Below are positions 48,912-63,984 of a stretch of 64,000 nucleotides of DNA, piece after piece. A program made the position numbers and the translations under genes. Source of the stretch: a phage; the sequence record PZ386951.1. One strand, written 5' to 3'. The notes beneath the pieces were generated by a model. The model was given only the letters and a program-made list of their open reading frames with translations. It did not search any database and was not told the origin of the DNA. Each line of letters starts with the position of its first letter. Position 1 is the first letter of the stretch.

Positions 48912-50622
48912 TAACCTTAATTGGTTTGTTGGTGTTGTTGAAGATAGAATGGACCCATTAAAATTAGGTCGTGTTCGCGTTCGTGTGGTTGGTCTGCATC
49001 CACCACAAAGAGCACAAGGTGATGTAATGGGTATTCCAACTGAAAAATTACCATGGATGTCAGTTATTCAACCTATAACTTCTGCAGCGATGTCAGGAAT
49101 TGGAGGTTCTGTTACAGGGCCAGTAGAAGGAACTAGAGTTTATGGTCATTTTTTAGACAAATGGAAAACTAACGGAATTGTCCTTGGCACGTATGGTGGA
49201 ATAGTTCGCGAAAAACCGAATAGACTTGAAGGATTTTCTGACCCAACTGGGCAGTATCCTAGACGTTTAGGAAATGATACTAACGTACTAAACCAAGGCG
49301 GAGAAGTAGGATATGATTCCTCTTCTAACGTTATTCAAGATAGTAACTTAGACACTGCAATAAATCCCGATGATAGACCGCTATCAGAGATTCCAACCGA
49401 TGATAATCCAAATATGTCAATGGCTGAAATGCTTCGCCGTGATGAAGGATTAAGACTAAAAGTTTATTGGGATACCGAAGGATATCCGACAATTGGTATT
49501 GGTCATCTTATCATGAAGCAGCCAGTTCGTGATATGGCTCAAATTAATAAAGTTTTATCGAAACAAGTTGGTCGTGAAATTACTGGAAACCCAGGTTCTA
49601 TTACAATGGAAGAAGCGACGACTTTATTTGAACGTGATTTGGCTGATATGCAACGCGACATTAAATCACATTCTAAAGTAGGACCAGTCTGGCAAGCTGT
49701 CAACCGTTCTCGCCAAATGGCATTAGAAAATATGGCATTTCAGATGGGTGTTGGCGGTGTAGCTAAATTTAACACAATGTTAACTGCTATGTTAGCAGGA
49801 GATTGGGAAAAAGCATATAAAGCCGGTCGTGATTCATTGTGGTATCAACAAACAAAAGGCCGTGCATCCCGTGTTACTATGATTATTCTTACGGGAAATT
49901 TAGAATCATATGGTGTTGAAGTAAAAACCCCAGCTAGGTCTCTATCAGCAATGGCTGCTACTGTAGCTAAATCTTCTGACCCTGCTGACCCTCCTATTCC
50001 AAATGACTCGAGAATTTTATTCAAAGAACCAGTTTCTTCATATAAAGGTGAATATCCTTATGTGCATACAATGGAAACTGAAAGCGGACATATTCAGGAA
50101 TTTGATGATACCCCTGGGCAAGAACGATACAGATTAGTTCATCCAACTGGAACTTATGAAGAAGTATCACCGTCAGGAAGAAGAACAAGAAAAACTGTTG
50201 ATAATTTGTATGATATAACCAACGCTGATGGTAATTTTTTGGTAGCCGGCGATAAAAAGACTAACGTCGGTGGATCAGAAATTTATTACAACATGGATAA
50301 TCGTCTTCACCAAATAGATGGAAGCAATACAATATTTGTACGTGGCGATGAAACTAAGACGGTTGAAGGTAATGGAACTATCCTAGTTAAAGGTAATGTT
50401 ACTATTGTAGTTGAAGGTAATGCTGACATTACAGTTAAAGGAGATGCTACCACTTTAGTTGAAGGAAATCAAACTAATACAGTAAATGGAAATCTTTCTT
50501 GGAAAGTTGCTGGGACAGTTGATTGGGACGTTGGTGGTGATTGGACAGAAAAAATGGCATCTATGAGTTCTATTTCATCTGGTCAATACACAATTGATGG
50601 ATCGAGGATTGACATTGGCTAA
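48895..50622 (+). CDS. 5: baseplate hub/cell-puncturing protein with lysozyme domain gp5
   Basis: 575 aa; internal T4-lysozyme-like domain MLRRDEGLRLKVYWDTEGYPTIGIGHLI; C-terminal VxGxxxxx beta-helix repeats. Confidence 0.93.
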   Translation: MEMISNNLNWFVGVVEDRMDPLKLGRVRVRVVGLHPPQRAQGDVMGIPTEKLPWMSVIQPITSAAMSGIGGSVTGPVEGTRVYGHFLDKWKTNGIVLGTYGGIVREKPNRLEGFSDPTGQYPRRLGNDTNVLNQGGEVGYDSSSNVIQDSNLDTAINPDDRPLSEIPTDDNPNMSMAEMLRRDEGLRLKVYWDTEGYPTIGIGHLIMKQPVRDMAQINKVLSKQVGREITGNPGSITMEEATTLFERDLADMQRDIKSHSKVGPVWQAVNRSRQMALENMAFQMGVGGVAKFNTMLTAMLAGDWEKAYKAGRDSLWYQQTKGRASRVTMIILTGNLESYGVEVKTPARSLSAMAATVAKSSDPADPPIPNDSRILFKEPVSSYKGEYPYVHTMETESGHIQEFDDTPGQERYRLVHPTGTYEEVSPSGRRTRKTVDNLYDITNADGNFLVAGDKKTNVGGSEIYYNMDNRLHQIDGSNTIFVRGDETKTVEGNGTILVKGNVTIVVEGNADITVKGDATTLVEGNQTNTVNGNLSWKVAGTVDWDVGGDWTEKMASMSSISSGQYTIDGSRIDIG

Positions 50623-50632
50623 TATACTTCCA

Positions 50633-51151
50633 ATGAGCGCTGATTTAGGAGAATCCATGGAAGGTTCTTCTATCGACGTCACCTTTACCGCTCAATTAGA
50701 AACAGGTGAAACGTTAGTATCTATAAATATAACTAGTTACGAAGAAACTCCTGGAGTTTTAGTAGAAGAAAATCGCTTATATGGAACATATGAATCTGTA
50801 TTTGGTTTCGGAAATGACGCATTGAAATATCGTTTAGGCGATGAATTTAAAACTGCTGCTTCATGGGAAGAACTTCCTACTGATTCTGATACTCAGTTGT
50901 ATTTGTGGAAAGCTCCTCAAAATCTCCAGAAGACATTCACTTACGAAGTAACATTAATATATGACTACCAAGAACAAAGTGAATCTGGAGGTTCTGGCAG
51001 TAATTCTAGGTCATCTTCTGATACTACTGAACCGACGGTTCCTCCTGCTCCAATAAGAAAAACTCTCGTTAAAAATTATACTAAAACTATAGTTGGAAAT
51101 TGGAGTCGTTGGGCTAATAAATTGAGAAGCTACGTGTATGAGAGGCCATAA
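50633..51151 (+). CDS. 5.1: hypothetical protein gp5.1
   Basis: Start taken at [11 protein letters not shown] just after gene 5 stop (track ORF starts inside gene 5). Confidence 0.55.
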
Positions 51152-51445
51152 ATGTCAGGATTAAGTTATGATAAGTGTGTTACTGCTGGCCATGAAGCGT
51201 GGCCTCCAACAGTTGTGAATGCTACACAAAGTAAAGTATTCACTGGAGGAATTGCTGTTCTTGTAGCAGGCGATCCAATTACAGAACATACAGAAATCAA
51301 AAAGCCATATGAAACACATGGCGGAGTGACACAACCTAGAACATCTAAGGTATATGTCACTGGAAAGAAAGCTGTTCAAATGGCTGATCCAATATCATGC
51401 GGTGATACTGTGGCTCAGGCATCATCTAAAGTATTCATTAAATAG
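51152..51445 (+). CDS. 5.4: PAAR-repeat spike tip protein gp5.4
   Basis: 97-aa ORF in the T4 5.4 position; PAAR assignment from recall. Confidence 0.8.
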
Positions 51446-51453
51446 GATTTAAA

Positions 51454-53436
51454 ATGGCAAATACCCCTGTAAATTATCAATTAACAAGAACAGCAAATGC
51501 TATTCCCGAGATATTCGTCGGGGGTACGTTTGCTGAAATAAAACAAAACCTCATTGAATGGCTTAATGGCCAAAATGAATTTTTGGATTATGATTTTGAA
51601 GGCTCAAGATTAAACGTTCTTTGTGACCTTTTGGCTTATAATACGCTGTACATTCAGCAGTTTGGTAATGCTGCTGTGTATGAAAGCTTTATGCGTACTG
51701 CTAACTTACGAAGTTCAGTTGTTCAAGCTGCACAAGATAACGGATATTTACCTACTTCAAAATCCGCTGCGCAGACCGAAATTATGTTAACATGCACCGA
51801 CGCATTGAATAGGAATTACATTACTATTCCTCGCGGAACTCGCTTTTTAGCATATGCAAAAGATACTTCTGTTAATCCATATAACTTCGTTTCTACCGAA
51901 GACGTTATTGCTATTCGTGATAAAAATAACCAATATTTTCCACGTTTAAAATTAGCTCAGGGACGTATAGTAAGAACTGAAATCATTTATGATAAATTAA
52001 CACCTATTATCATTTATGATAAAAATATTGATAGAAACCAGGTTAAATTATATGTTGATGGAGCGGAATGGATTAACTGGACGAGAAAGTCAATGGTTCA
52101 TGCTGGTTCAACATCAACGATTTACTATATGCGTGAAACTATTGATGGAAACACTGAATTCTATTTTGGCGAAGGTGAAATTTCTGTTAATGCTTCTGAA
52201 GGAGCTTTGACCGCTAATTACATCGGAGGTCTTAAACCTACCCAGAACTCTACTATTGTTATTGAGTACATCAGTACTAACGGTGCAGATGCGAATGGCG
52301 CAGTTGGATTTTCATATGCAGATACATTAACAAATATAACTGTCATCAATATTAATGAAAATCCAAACGACGACCCAGATTTTGTCGGAGCAGATGGCGG
52401 TGGTGATCCAGAAGATATTGAACGTATTCGCGAATTGGGTACTATTAAGCGTGAAACTCAGCAGCGATGTGTAACTGCGACAGATTATGATACATTTGTC
52501 TCAGAAAGATTTGGTTCTATTATTCAAGCCGTTCAGACTTTCACTGATTCTACTAAACCTGGTTATGCATTTATTGCTGCTAAACCTAAATCAGGATTGT
52601 ATTTAACTACTGTGCAGCGTGAAGATATTAAAAATTATCTCAAAGATTATAATTTAGCACCTATTACACCATCAATTATTTCTCCTAATTATCTTTTCAT
52701 TAAGACTAATTTAAAAGTCACATATGCTTTAAATAAGCTGCAAGAATCTGAACAGTGGCTTGAAGGTCAAATAATTGATAAAATTGACCGCTATTATACT
52801 GAAGATGTAGAAATTTTTAACTCATCTTTCGCTAAGTCTAAGATGTTAACTTATGTAGATGATGCAGATCATTCTATCATTGGTTCATCAGCGACTATTC
52901 AAATGGTTCGTGAAGTACAAAACTTCTATAAAACGCCTGAAGCTGGTATTAAATACAATAATCAAATAAAAGACCGTTCTATGGAATCTAATACGTTTTC
53001 ATTTAATTCTGGACGAAAAGTTGTAAATCCTGATACTGGTTTAGAAGAAGATGTATTATATGACGTTCGTATAGTATCAACAGACCGAGATTCTAAAGGA
53101 ATTGGTAAAGTTATTATTGGTCCATTTGCTTCTGGCGATGTTACAGAAAATGAAAACATTCAGCCGTATACAGGCAACGATTTTAACAAATTAGCAAATT
53201 CTGATGGACGCGACAAATACTATGTTATCGGTGAAATAAATTATCCAGCTGACATGATTTATTGGAATATCGCTAAAATTAATTTAACATCTGAAAAATT
53301 TGAAGTTCAGACTATTGAATTATATTCTGACCCAACCGATGATGTTATCTTTACTCGCGATGGTTCACTGATTGTATTTGAAAATGACTTACGTCCACAA
53401 TACTTAACTATCGATTTGGAGCCTATATCACAATGA
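51454..53436 (+). CDS. 6: baseplate wedge protein gp6
   Basis: 660-aa ORF; T4 position and size. Confidence 0.92.
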   Translation: MANTPVNYQLTRTANAIPEIFVGGTFAEIKQNLIEWLNGQNEFLDYDFEGSRLNVLCDLLAYNTLYIQQFGNAAVYESFMRTANLRSSVVQAAQDNGYLPTSKSAAQTEIMLTCTDALNRNYITIPRGTRFLAYAKDTSVNPYNFVSTEDVIAIRDKNNQYFPRLKLAQGRIVRTEIIYDKLTPIIIYDKNIDRNQVKLYVDGAEWINWTRKSMVHAGSTSTIYYMRETIDGNTEFYFGEGEISVNASEGALTANYIGGLKPTQNSTIVIEYISTNGADANGAVGFSYADTLTNITVININENPNDDPDFVGADGGGDPEDIERIRELGTIKRETQQRCVTATDYDTFVSERFGSIIQAVQTFTDSTKPGYAFIAAKPKSGLYLTTVQREDIKNYLKDYNLAPITPSIISPNYLFIKTNLKVTYALNKLQESEQWLEGQIIDKIDRYYTEDVEIFNSSFAKSKMLTYVDDADHSIIGSSATIQMVREVQNFYKTPEAGIKYNNQIKDRSMESNTFSFNSGRKVVNPDTGLEEDVLYDVRIVSTDRDSKGIGKVIIGPFASGDVTENENIQPYTGNDFNKLANSDGRDKYYVIGEINYPADMIYWNIAKINLTSEKFEVQTIELYSDPTDDVIFTRDGSLIVFENDLRPQYLTIDLEPISQ

Positions 53437-56400
53437 CAGTAAAAGCACCTTCAGTCACTAGTCTCAGAATTTCCAAGTTATCCGCAAATCAGGTGCAAGT
53501 ACGCTGGGATGACGTTGGTGCTAATTTCTACTATTTTGTAGAAATCGCTGAGACAAAAACAGACTCGGGGGAAAATCTCCCGAGTGATCAATATCGTTGG
53601 ATTAATTTAGGATATACAGCAAATAATAGTTTCTTTTTTGATGATGCTGATCCATTGACATCATATGTTATTAGAGTAGCTACGGCGGCTCAAGATTTTG
53701 AGCAGTCTGACTGGATTTATACCGAAGAGTTTGAAACTTTTGCTACGAATGCTTACACATTTCAAAATATGATTGAAATGCAATTAGCTAATAAATTCAT
53801 TCAGGAAAAGTTCACTCTTAATAATTCTGATTATGTTAATTTTAATAATGATACTATAATGGCTGCATTGATGAATGAATCGTTTCAATTCAGCCCATCA
53901 TATGTTGATGTTTCATCAATCAGTAATTTTATTATTGGTGAAAATGAGTATCATGAAATACAAGGTTCTATTCAGCAAGTATGTAAGGATATTAACCGAG
54001 TTTATTTGATGGAATCAGAAGGGATTCTATATCTTTTTGAGCGCTATCAACCCGTAGTTAAAGTATCCAATGATAAAGGACAAACTTGGAAAGCTGTAAA
54101 GCTCTTCAATGACCGCGTAGGATATCCTTTATCTAAGACTGTATATTACCAATCTGCGAACACTACATACGTTCTAGGATACGACAAGATTTTCTATGGC
54201 CGTAAATCTACTGATGTTAGATGGTCAGCCGATGATGTCAGATTCAGTTCACAGGATATAACATTCGCTAAACTTGGCGACCAATTACATCTAGGATTTG
54301 ATGTAGAAATTTTTGCCACTTACGCAACTTTACCAGCGAATGTATACCGTATAGCTGAGGCTATTACTTGCACGGATGATTATATCTATGTTGTTGCCAG
54401 AGATAAAGTTAGATACATAAAAACGAGTAATGCACCTATAGATTCTGATCCATTATCTCCAACATATTCGGAAAGACTTTTTGAACCTGATACCATGACT
54501 ATAACCGGAAATCCTAAAGCAGTATGCTATAAAATGGATTCTATCGGTGGCAAAGTTTTTGCTCTTATTATTGGTGAAGTTGAAACATTAAATGCTAATC
54601 CTAGAACATCAAAAATAATTGATTCTGCTGATAAAGGAATATATGTTTTAAATCATGACACAAAAACATGGAAAAGAGTTTTTGGCAACACTGAAGAAGA
54701 AAGAAGACGTATTCAACCGGGGTACGCTAATATGTCAACTGATGGTAAATTAGTTTCTCTGTCTTCGAGTAATTTTAAATTTTTAAGTGATAATGTTGTT
54801 AATGACCCTGAAACTGCAGCAAAATATCAGTTAATTGGTGCTGTTAAATATGAATTTCCTCGCGAATGGTTAGCTGATAAACATTATCATATGATGGCGT
54901 TTATAGCGGATGAAAAATCTGACTGGGAGACTTTTACTCCTCAACCGATGAAATACTACGCAGAACCGTTCTTTAACTGGTCTAAAAAATCTAACACACG
55001 TTGTTGGATAAACAACTCCGATAGGGTTGTAGTAGTTTATGCTGATTTAAAATATACTAAAGTTATTGAAAATTTTCCGGAAACATCACCAGATAGATTA
55101 GTTCATGAATACTGGGATGACGGCGATTGCACTATAGTAATGCCAAATGTTAAATTCACTGGATTTAAAAAATACGCATCTGGGATGCTTTTCTATAAAG
55201 CCTCCGGTGAAATAATTTCTTACTATGATTTTAACTATCGTGTTAGAGATACAGTAGAAATTATTTGGAAGCCAACTGAAGTATTTTTAAAAGCATTTTT
55301 ACAAAACCAAGAACATGAAACCCCTTGGTCACCCGAAGAAGAGCGTGGATTAGCTGACCCTGATTTAAGACCACTGATTGGCACAATGATGCCTGATTCT
55401 TATTTGCTACAGGATTCGAATTTTGAGGCATTTTGCGAAGCATATATTCAGTATCTTTCTGATGGATATGGAACTCAGTATAACAATTTACGAAATTTAA
55501 TTCGTAACAAATATCCACGAGAAGAGCATGCGTGGGAATATTTGTGGTCAGAGATATATAAAAGAAACATTTATTTAAACGCTGACAAACGTGATGCTGT
55601 TGCAAGATTTTTCGAATCACGTAGCTATGATTTTTATTCTACTAAAGGAATTGAAGCATCATACAAATTTCTTTTTAAAGTTCTTTATAATGAAGAGGTT
55701 GAAATTGAAATTGAATCTGGGGCTGGTACTGAATATGATATAATCGTTCAATCTGATTCTTTGACTGAAGACTTAGTAGGACAAACGATTTATACAGCTA
55801 CAGGAAGATGTAATGTTACTTATATAGAAAGAAGCTATTCTAACGGTAAATTGCAATGGACCGTAACTATTCATAATCTTTTGGGACGATTAATTGCTGG
55901 TCAAGAAGTTAAAGCAGAAAGACTTCCTAGTTTTGAAGGCGAAATTATTCGTGGGGTTAAAGGAAAGGATTTGCTTCAAAATAATATAGACTATATTAAT
56001 AGAAGTCGATCATATTATGTAATGAAAATTAAATCCAATTTACCTTCTTCTCGTTGGAAATCTGACGTTATTCGTTTTGTTCATCCAGTAGGATTTGGAT
56101 TTATAGCAATTACCCTTTTAACGATGTTTATTAATGTTGGTTTAACTCTTAAACATACAGAGACTATAATTAATAAATACAAAAACTATAAATGGGATTC
56201 TGGATTACCTACTGAATATGCTGATAGAGTAGCTAAATTGACTCCGACTGGTGAAATCGAGCATGATTCAGTAACAGGCGAAGCAATTTATGAACCCGGT
56301 CCAAAGGCTGGTGTAAAATATCCTCTTCCTGATGACTATAATGCTGAAAATAACAATTCAATATTTCAAGGTCAATTGCCGTCTGAACGACGTAAATTAC

Positions 56401-56531
56401 TGAGTCCTCTATTTGACGCATCTGGAACAACATTTGCACAATTTAGGGATTTAGTTAATAAACGTCTAAAAGACAATATAGGAAATCCAAGAGACCCTGA
56501 AAATCCAACACAGGTTAAAATAGATGAATGA
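53433..56531 (+). CDS. 7: baseplate wedge protein gp7
   Basis: 1032-aa ORF; 4-nt overlap with gene 6. Confidence 0.92.
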   Translation: MTVKAPSVTSLRISKLSANQVQVRWDDVGANFYYFVEIAETKTDSGENLPSDQYRWINLGYTANNSFFFDDADPLTSYVIRVATAAQDFEQSDWIYTEEFETFATNAYTFQNMIEMQLANKFIQEKFTLNNSDYVNFNNDTIMAALMNESFQFSPSYVDVSSISNFIIGENEYHEIQGSIQQVCKDINRVYLMESEGILYLFERYQPVVKVSNDKGQTWKAVKLFNDRVGYPLSKTVYYQSANTTYVLGYDKIFYGRKSTDVRWSADDVRFSSQDITFAKLGDQLHLGFDVEIFATYATLPANVYRIAEAITCTDDYIYVVARDKVRYIKTSNAPIDSDPLSPTYSERLFEPDTMTITGNPKAVCYKMDSIGGKVFALIIGEVETLNANPRTSKIIDSADKGIYVLNHDTKTWKRVFGNTEEERRRIQPGYANMSTDGKLVSLSSSNFKFLSDNVVNDPETAAKYQLIGAVKYEFPREWLADKHYHMMAFIADEKSDWETFTPQPMKYYAEPFFNWSKKSNTRCWINNSDRVVVVYADLKYTKVIENFPETSPDRLVHEYWDDGDCTIVMPNVKFTGFKKYASGMLFYKASGEIISYYDFNYRVRDTVEIIWKPTEVFLKAFLQNQEHETPWSPEEERGLADPDLRPLIGTMMPDSYLLQDSNFEAFCEAYIQYLSDGYGTQYNNLRNLIRNKYPREEHAWEYLWSEIYKRNIYLNADKRDAVARFFESRSYDFYSTKGIEASYKFLFKVLYNEEVEIEIESGAGTEYDIIVQSDSLTEDLVGQTIYTATGRCNVTYIERSYSNGKLQWTVTIHNLLGRLIAGQEVKAERLPSFEGEIIRGVKGKDLLQNNIDYINRSRSYYVMKIKSNLPSSRWKSDVIRFVHPVGFGFIAITLLTMFINVGLTLKHTETIINKYKNYKWDSGLPTEYADRVAKLTPTGEIEHDSVTGEAIYEPGPKAGVKYPLPDDYNAENNNSIFQGQLPSERRKLLSPLFDASGTTFAQFRDLVNKRLKDNIGNPRDPENPTQVKIDE

Positions 56532-57528
56532 TTCAAGTGTTATCTATCGTGCGATAGTTACTTCAAAATTTAGAACAGAAAAAATGTTGAATTTTTATAA
56601 TTCAATTGGAAGTGGTCCGGATAAAAACACTATCTTTATCACATTTGGAAGATCAGAACCGTGGTCATCAAATGAAAATGAGGTGGGCTTTGCCCCACCT
56701 TATCCTACCGATTCTGTATTAGGTGTAACTGACATGTGGACTCATATGATGGGAACAGTAAAGGTTCTTCCATCAATGCTTGATGCTGTTATTCCTCGCA
56801 GAGATTGGGGAGATACTAGATATCCGGATCCATACACATTTAGAATTAATGATATTGTAGTGTGTAACTCAGCTCCTTACAACGCTACTGAATCAGGCGC
56901 AGGCTGGTTAGTATATCGTTGTTTAGATGTTCCTGATACCGGAATGTGTTCAATCGCATCTTTAACTGATAAGGATGAATGCCTTAAGTTAGGTGGAAAA
57001 TGGACTCCTTCTGCTAGGTCAATGACTCCTCCTGAAGGTCGAGGAGATGCTGAAGGAACAATTGAGCCCGGAGACGGGTATGTGTGGGAATATCTATTTG
57101 AGATTCCGCCTGATGTATCTATAAATAGATGCACGAATGAATATATCGTGGTTCCTTGGCCTGAGGAATTAAAAGAAGACCCGACTAGATGGGGATATGA
57201 AGATAATCTCACTTGGCAACAAGATGATTTTGGATTAATTTACCGTGTTAAGGCAAATACTATCCGTTTTAAAGCATATTTAGATTCAGTTTATTTTCCT
57301 GAAGCTGCATTGCCAGGAAATAAAGGATTTAGACAAATATCAATAATCACGAATCCTCTTGAAGCTAAAGCTCATCCAAATGACCCAAATGTTAAAGCTG
57401 AAAAGGATTATTATGATCCGGAAGATTTAATGAGGCATTCGGGCGAAATGATTTATATGGAAAATAGGCCACCTATTATTATGGCAATGGATCAGACAGA
57501 AGAAATCAATATTCTGTTTACATTTTAA
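56524..57528 (+). CDS. 8: baseplate wedge protein gp8
   Basis: 334-aa ORF. Confidence 0.92.
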   Translation: MNDSSVIYRAIVTSKFRTEKMLNFYNSIGSGPDKNTIFITFGRSEPWSSNENEVGFAPPYPTDSVLGVTDMWTHMMGTVKVLPSMLDAVIPRRDWGDTRYPDPYTFRINDIVVCNSAPYNATESGAGWLVYRCLDVPDTGMCSIASLTDKDECLKLGGKWTPSARSMTPPEGRGDAEGTIEPGDGYVWEYLFEIPPDVSINRCTNEYIVVPWPEELKEDPTRWGYEDNLTWQQDDFGLIYRVKANTIRFKAYLDSVYFPEAALPGNKGFRQISIITNPLEAKAHPNDPNVKAEKDYYDPEDLMRHSGEMIYMENRPPIIMAMDQTEEINILFTF

Positions 57529-57532
57529 ATTA

Positions 57533-57552
57533 AGGGAGCCCATGGGCTCCCT
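57533..57552 (+). terminator. intrinsic terminator after gene 8
   Basis: agggagcc catg ggctccct stem-loop followed by TTTTCTTT. Confidence 0.6.
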
Positions 57553-57559
57553 TTTTCTT

Positions 57560-57567
57560 TATAAATA
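57560..57567 (+). promoter_or_regulatory. late promoter TATAAATA for gene 9
   Basis: Exact TATAAATA about 25 nt upstream of gene 9 ATG. Confidence 0.6.
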
Positions 57568-57591
57568 CTATAAACTCATAAGGAAACCGCT

Positions 57592-58458
57592 ATGTTCATT
57601 CAAGAACCAAAGAAATTGATTGATACCGGCGAAATTGGTAACGCTTCTACTGGTGATATCTTATTCGACGGTGGTAATAAAATTAATAGTGATTTTAACG
57701 CAATTTATAATGCGTTTGGCGATCAACGTAAAATGGCAGTAGCAAATGGCACCGGAGCAGATGGTCAAATTATCCATGCTACTGGATATTATCAAAAACA
57801 CTCTATTGCAGAGTATGCAACTCCAGTGAAAGTTGGCACTAGACATGATATTGATACATCTACTGTAGGTGTTAAAGTTATCATTGAAAGAGGCGAACTT
57901 GGTGACTGCGTTGAATTTATTAACTCTAATGGTTCAATATCAGTTACTAATCCTCTAACAATTCAAGCTATTGATTCAATTAAAGGTGTTTCAGGTAATT
58001 TAGTAGTAACTAGCCCATATAGTAAAGTTACTTTACGCTGTATTTCATCTGATAATTCTACATCGGTTTGGAATTATTCTATTGAAAGCATGTTTGGACA
58101 AAAGGAATCACCAGCTGAAGGTACATGGAATATTTCTACATCTGGATCAGTTGATATTTCACTATTTCATCGTACTGAATACAATATGGCTAAATTGCTA
58201 GTTACGTGCCAATCGGTAGATGGAAGAAAAATTAAAACAGCAGAAATAAATATTCTTGTGGATACTGTTAATTCAGAGGTAATTTCTTCTGAATATGCTG
58301 TCATGCGAGTTGGGAATGAAACCGAAGAAGACGAAATCGCTAATATTGCATTTAGTATTAAAGAAAATTACGTAACGGCGACTATAAGTTCTTCAACTGT
58401 CGGTATGAGAGCAGCAGTTAAAGTTATCGCTACGCAGAAAATCGGGGTGGCTCAATAA
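57592..58458 (+). CDS. 9: baseplate wedge protein gp9 (long tail fiber socket)
   Basis: 288-aa ORF. Confidence 0.92.
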   Translation: MFIQEPKKLIDTGEIGNASTGDILFDGGNKINSDFNAIYNAFGDQRKMAVANGTGADGQIIHATGYYQKHSIAEYATPVKVGTRHDIDTSTVGVKVIIERGELGDCVEFINSNGSISVTNPLTIQAIDSIKGVSGNLVVTSPYSKVTLRCISSDNSTSVWNYSIESMFGQKESPAEGTWNISTSGSVDISLFHRTEYNMAKLLVTCQSVDGRKIKTAEINILVDTVNSEVISSEYAVMRVGNETEEDEIANIAFSIKENYVTATISSSTVGMRAAVKVIATQKIGVAQ

Positions 58459-60266
58459 TGAAACAAAATATTAATATCGGTAATGTTGTAGATGATGGTA
58501 CCGGTGACTACCTGCGTAAAGGTGGTATAAAAATAAATGAAAACTTTGATGAGCTTTATTACGAGCTCGGTGATGGAGACGTTCCATATTCAGCCGGTGC
58601 CTGGAAAACTTATGATGCTTCATCTGGGCAAACATTAAAAGCTGAATGGGGAAAATCATACGCTATTAATACATCTTCTGGAAGAGTGACTATAAATCTT
58701 CCAAAGGGCACAGTTAATGATTACAACAAGGTAATTAGAGCCAGAGACGTATTTGCTACATGGAACGTTAATCCAGTTACACTGGTAGCTGCTTCTGGTG
58801 ATACGATTAAAGGGTCTGCAGTACCAGTTGAAATTAATGTTCAATTCAGCGATTTAGAATTAGTGTATTGTGCCCCAGGACGTTGGGAATATGTCAAAAA
58901 TAAACAAATTGACAAAATTACTAGTTCAGACATTAGTAATGTAGCTCGTAAAGAATTTTTAGTCGAAGTCCAAGGACAAACAGACTTTTTAGATGTTTTC
59001 CGTGGAACCAGTTATAATGTAAATAACATCAGAGTAAAACATCGTGGTAACGAATTGTATTACGGTGATGTGTTTAGCGAAAACAGTGATTTTGGCTCTC
59101 CGGGCGAAAATGAAGGAGAACTAGTTCCTCTTGATGGATTTAATATTCGATTAAGACAGCCTTGTAATATTGGTGACACTGTTCAAATTGAAACATTTAT
59201 GGATGGTGTATCGCAGTGGAGAAGTTCATATACAAGACGTCAAATTAGATTGTTAGATTCAAAATTAACGTCAAAAACTTCTTTAGAAGGAAGTATTTAC
59301 GTTACTGATTTATCAACAATGAAATCAATTCCGTTTTCTGCTTTTGGATTAATTCCAGGAGAACCTATTAATCCTAACTCTCTTGAGGTTCGTTTTAACG
59401 GGATTTTACAGGAATTGGCTGGCACAGTTGGAATGCCATTATTTCATTGTGTTGGTGCAGATTCAGACGATGAAGTAGAATGCTCTGTTTTAGGTGGAAC
59501 TTGGGAACAATCACATACTGATTATTCAGTTGAAACTAATGAAAACGGCATACCAGAAACTTTACATTTTGATAGAGTATTTGAGCATGGTGACATTATC
59601 AATATCACCTGGTTTAATAATGATTTGGGTACATTATTAACGAAAGATGAGATTATTGATGAAACTGATAATCTCTATGTATCGCAAGGACCGGGAGTAG
59701 ATATTTCTGGTGATGTAAATTTAACAGACTTTGATAAAATTGGTTGGCCAAATGTAGAAGCAGTTCAATCTTATCAACGCGAATTTACTGCTGTTTCAAA
59801 TATCTTTGATACGATTTATCCTATTGGAACTATATATGAAAACGCTGTTAATCCAAATAACCCTGTTACATATATGGGATTCGGCTCATGGAAATTATTT
59901 GGGCAAGGAAAAGTTTTAGTTGGGTGGAATGAAGATATTTCGGATCCGAATTTTGCTCTAAATAACAACGATTTAGATTCTGGTGGAAATCCTTCGCATA
60001 CTGCAGGCGGAACAGGTGGTTCTACTTCTGTTACATTGGAAAATGCTAATCTTCCTGCAACCGAGACAGATGAAGAAGTTCTAATAGTTGATGAAAATGG
60101 ATCAGTCATTGTTGGTGGATGTCAATACGATCCAGATGAATCCGGTCCAATTTATACTAAATACCGTGAAGCTAAAGCATCTACTAACTCTACTCACACT
60201 CCGCCAACATCAATAACTAACATTCAACCATATATTACAGTTTATCGTTGGATAAGGATTGCATAA
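58458..60266 (+). CDS. 10: baseplate wedge protein gp10
   Basis: 602-aa ORF; TAATG overlap with gene 11. Confidence 0.92.
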   Translation: MKQNINIGNVVDDGTGDYLRKGGIKINENFDELYYELGDGDVPYSAGAWKTYDASSGQTLKAEWGKSYAINTSSGRVTINLPKGTVNDYNKVIRARDVFATWNVNPVTLVAASGDTIKGSAVPVEINVQFSDLELVYCAPGRWEYVKNKQIDKITSSDISNVARKEFLVEVQGQTDFLDVFRGTSYNVNNIRVKHRGNELYYGDVFSENSDFGSPGENEGELVPLDGFNIRLRQPCNIGDTVQIETFMDGVSQWRSSYTRRQIRLLDSKLTSKTSLEGSIYVTDLSTMKSIPFSAFGLIPGEPINPNSLEVRFNGILQELAGTVGMPLFHCVGADSDDEVECSVLGGTWEQSHTDYSVETNENGIPETLHFDRVFEHGDIINITWFNNDLGTLLTKDEIIDETDNLYVSQGPGVDISGDVNLTDFDKIGWPNVEAVQSYQREFTAVSNIFDTIYPIGTIYENAVNPNNPVTYMGFGSWKLFGQGKVLVGWNEDISDPNFALNNNDLDSGGNPSHTAGGTGGSTSVTLENANLPATETDEEVLIVDENGSVIVGGCQYDPDESGPIYTKYREAKASTNSTHTPPTSITNIQPYITVYRWIRIA

Positions 60267-60921
60267 TGAGTTTACTTAATAATAAAGCGGGAGTTATTTC
60301 CCGCTTAGCCGATTTTCTTGGTTTTAGACCTAAAGCTGGTAATATAGATGTAATGAATCATCAATCAGTTGGGTCAGTGACAATTTCTCAATTAGCGAAA
60401 GGATTTTATGAACCAAACGTAGAATCAGCTATTAATGACGTTCATAATTTTTCTATAAAAGACGTTGGTACAATTATTACTAATAAAACTGGTGTTTCTC
60501 CTGAGGGTGTTTCTCAAACTGATTATTGGGCATTTTCTGGAACTGTAACAGACGATTCTCTTCCTCCGGGTTCTCCTGTTACGGTATTAGTATTTGGTCT
60601 TCCAGTTTCAGCAACAACTGGAATGACGGCAATTGAGTTTGTTGCAAAAGTTCGTGTTGCCCTTCAAGAAGCTATTGCGTCATTTACTGCTATCAACTCA
60701 TATAAAGACCATCCAACAGATGGTAGTAAATTAGAAGTTACTTATTTAGATAATCAAAAACATGTATTAAGCACATATTCTACATATGGAATAACTATTT
60801 CGCAGGAAATTATTTCTGAGTCTAAACCCGGCTATGGTACATGGAATTTATTAGGCGCACAAACTGTAACTTTGGATAATCAGCAGACTCCTACAGTATT
60901 TTATCATTTTGAGAGAACAGC

Positions 60922-60925
<4 letters not shown>
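60266..60925 (+). CDS. 11: baseplate wedge protein gp11
   Basis: Start taken at [17 protein letters not shown] (219 aa), 6 codons inside the track ORF. Confidence 0.9.
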
Positions 60926-63965
<3,040 letters not shown>

Positions 63966-63968
63966 CAT

Positions 63969-63984
63969 GGGGCCGCAAGGCCCC
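63969..63984 (+). terminator. stem-loop with GNRA (GCAA) loop after wac
   Basis: ggggcc gcaa ggcccc immediately after the wac stop codon. Confidence 0.55.

Noticed and set aside
51161-51379. Minus-strand ORFs inside gene 5.4
   Set aside because: Antisense to a conserved late gene in a block that is otherwise entirely plus-strand.
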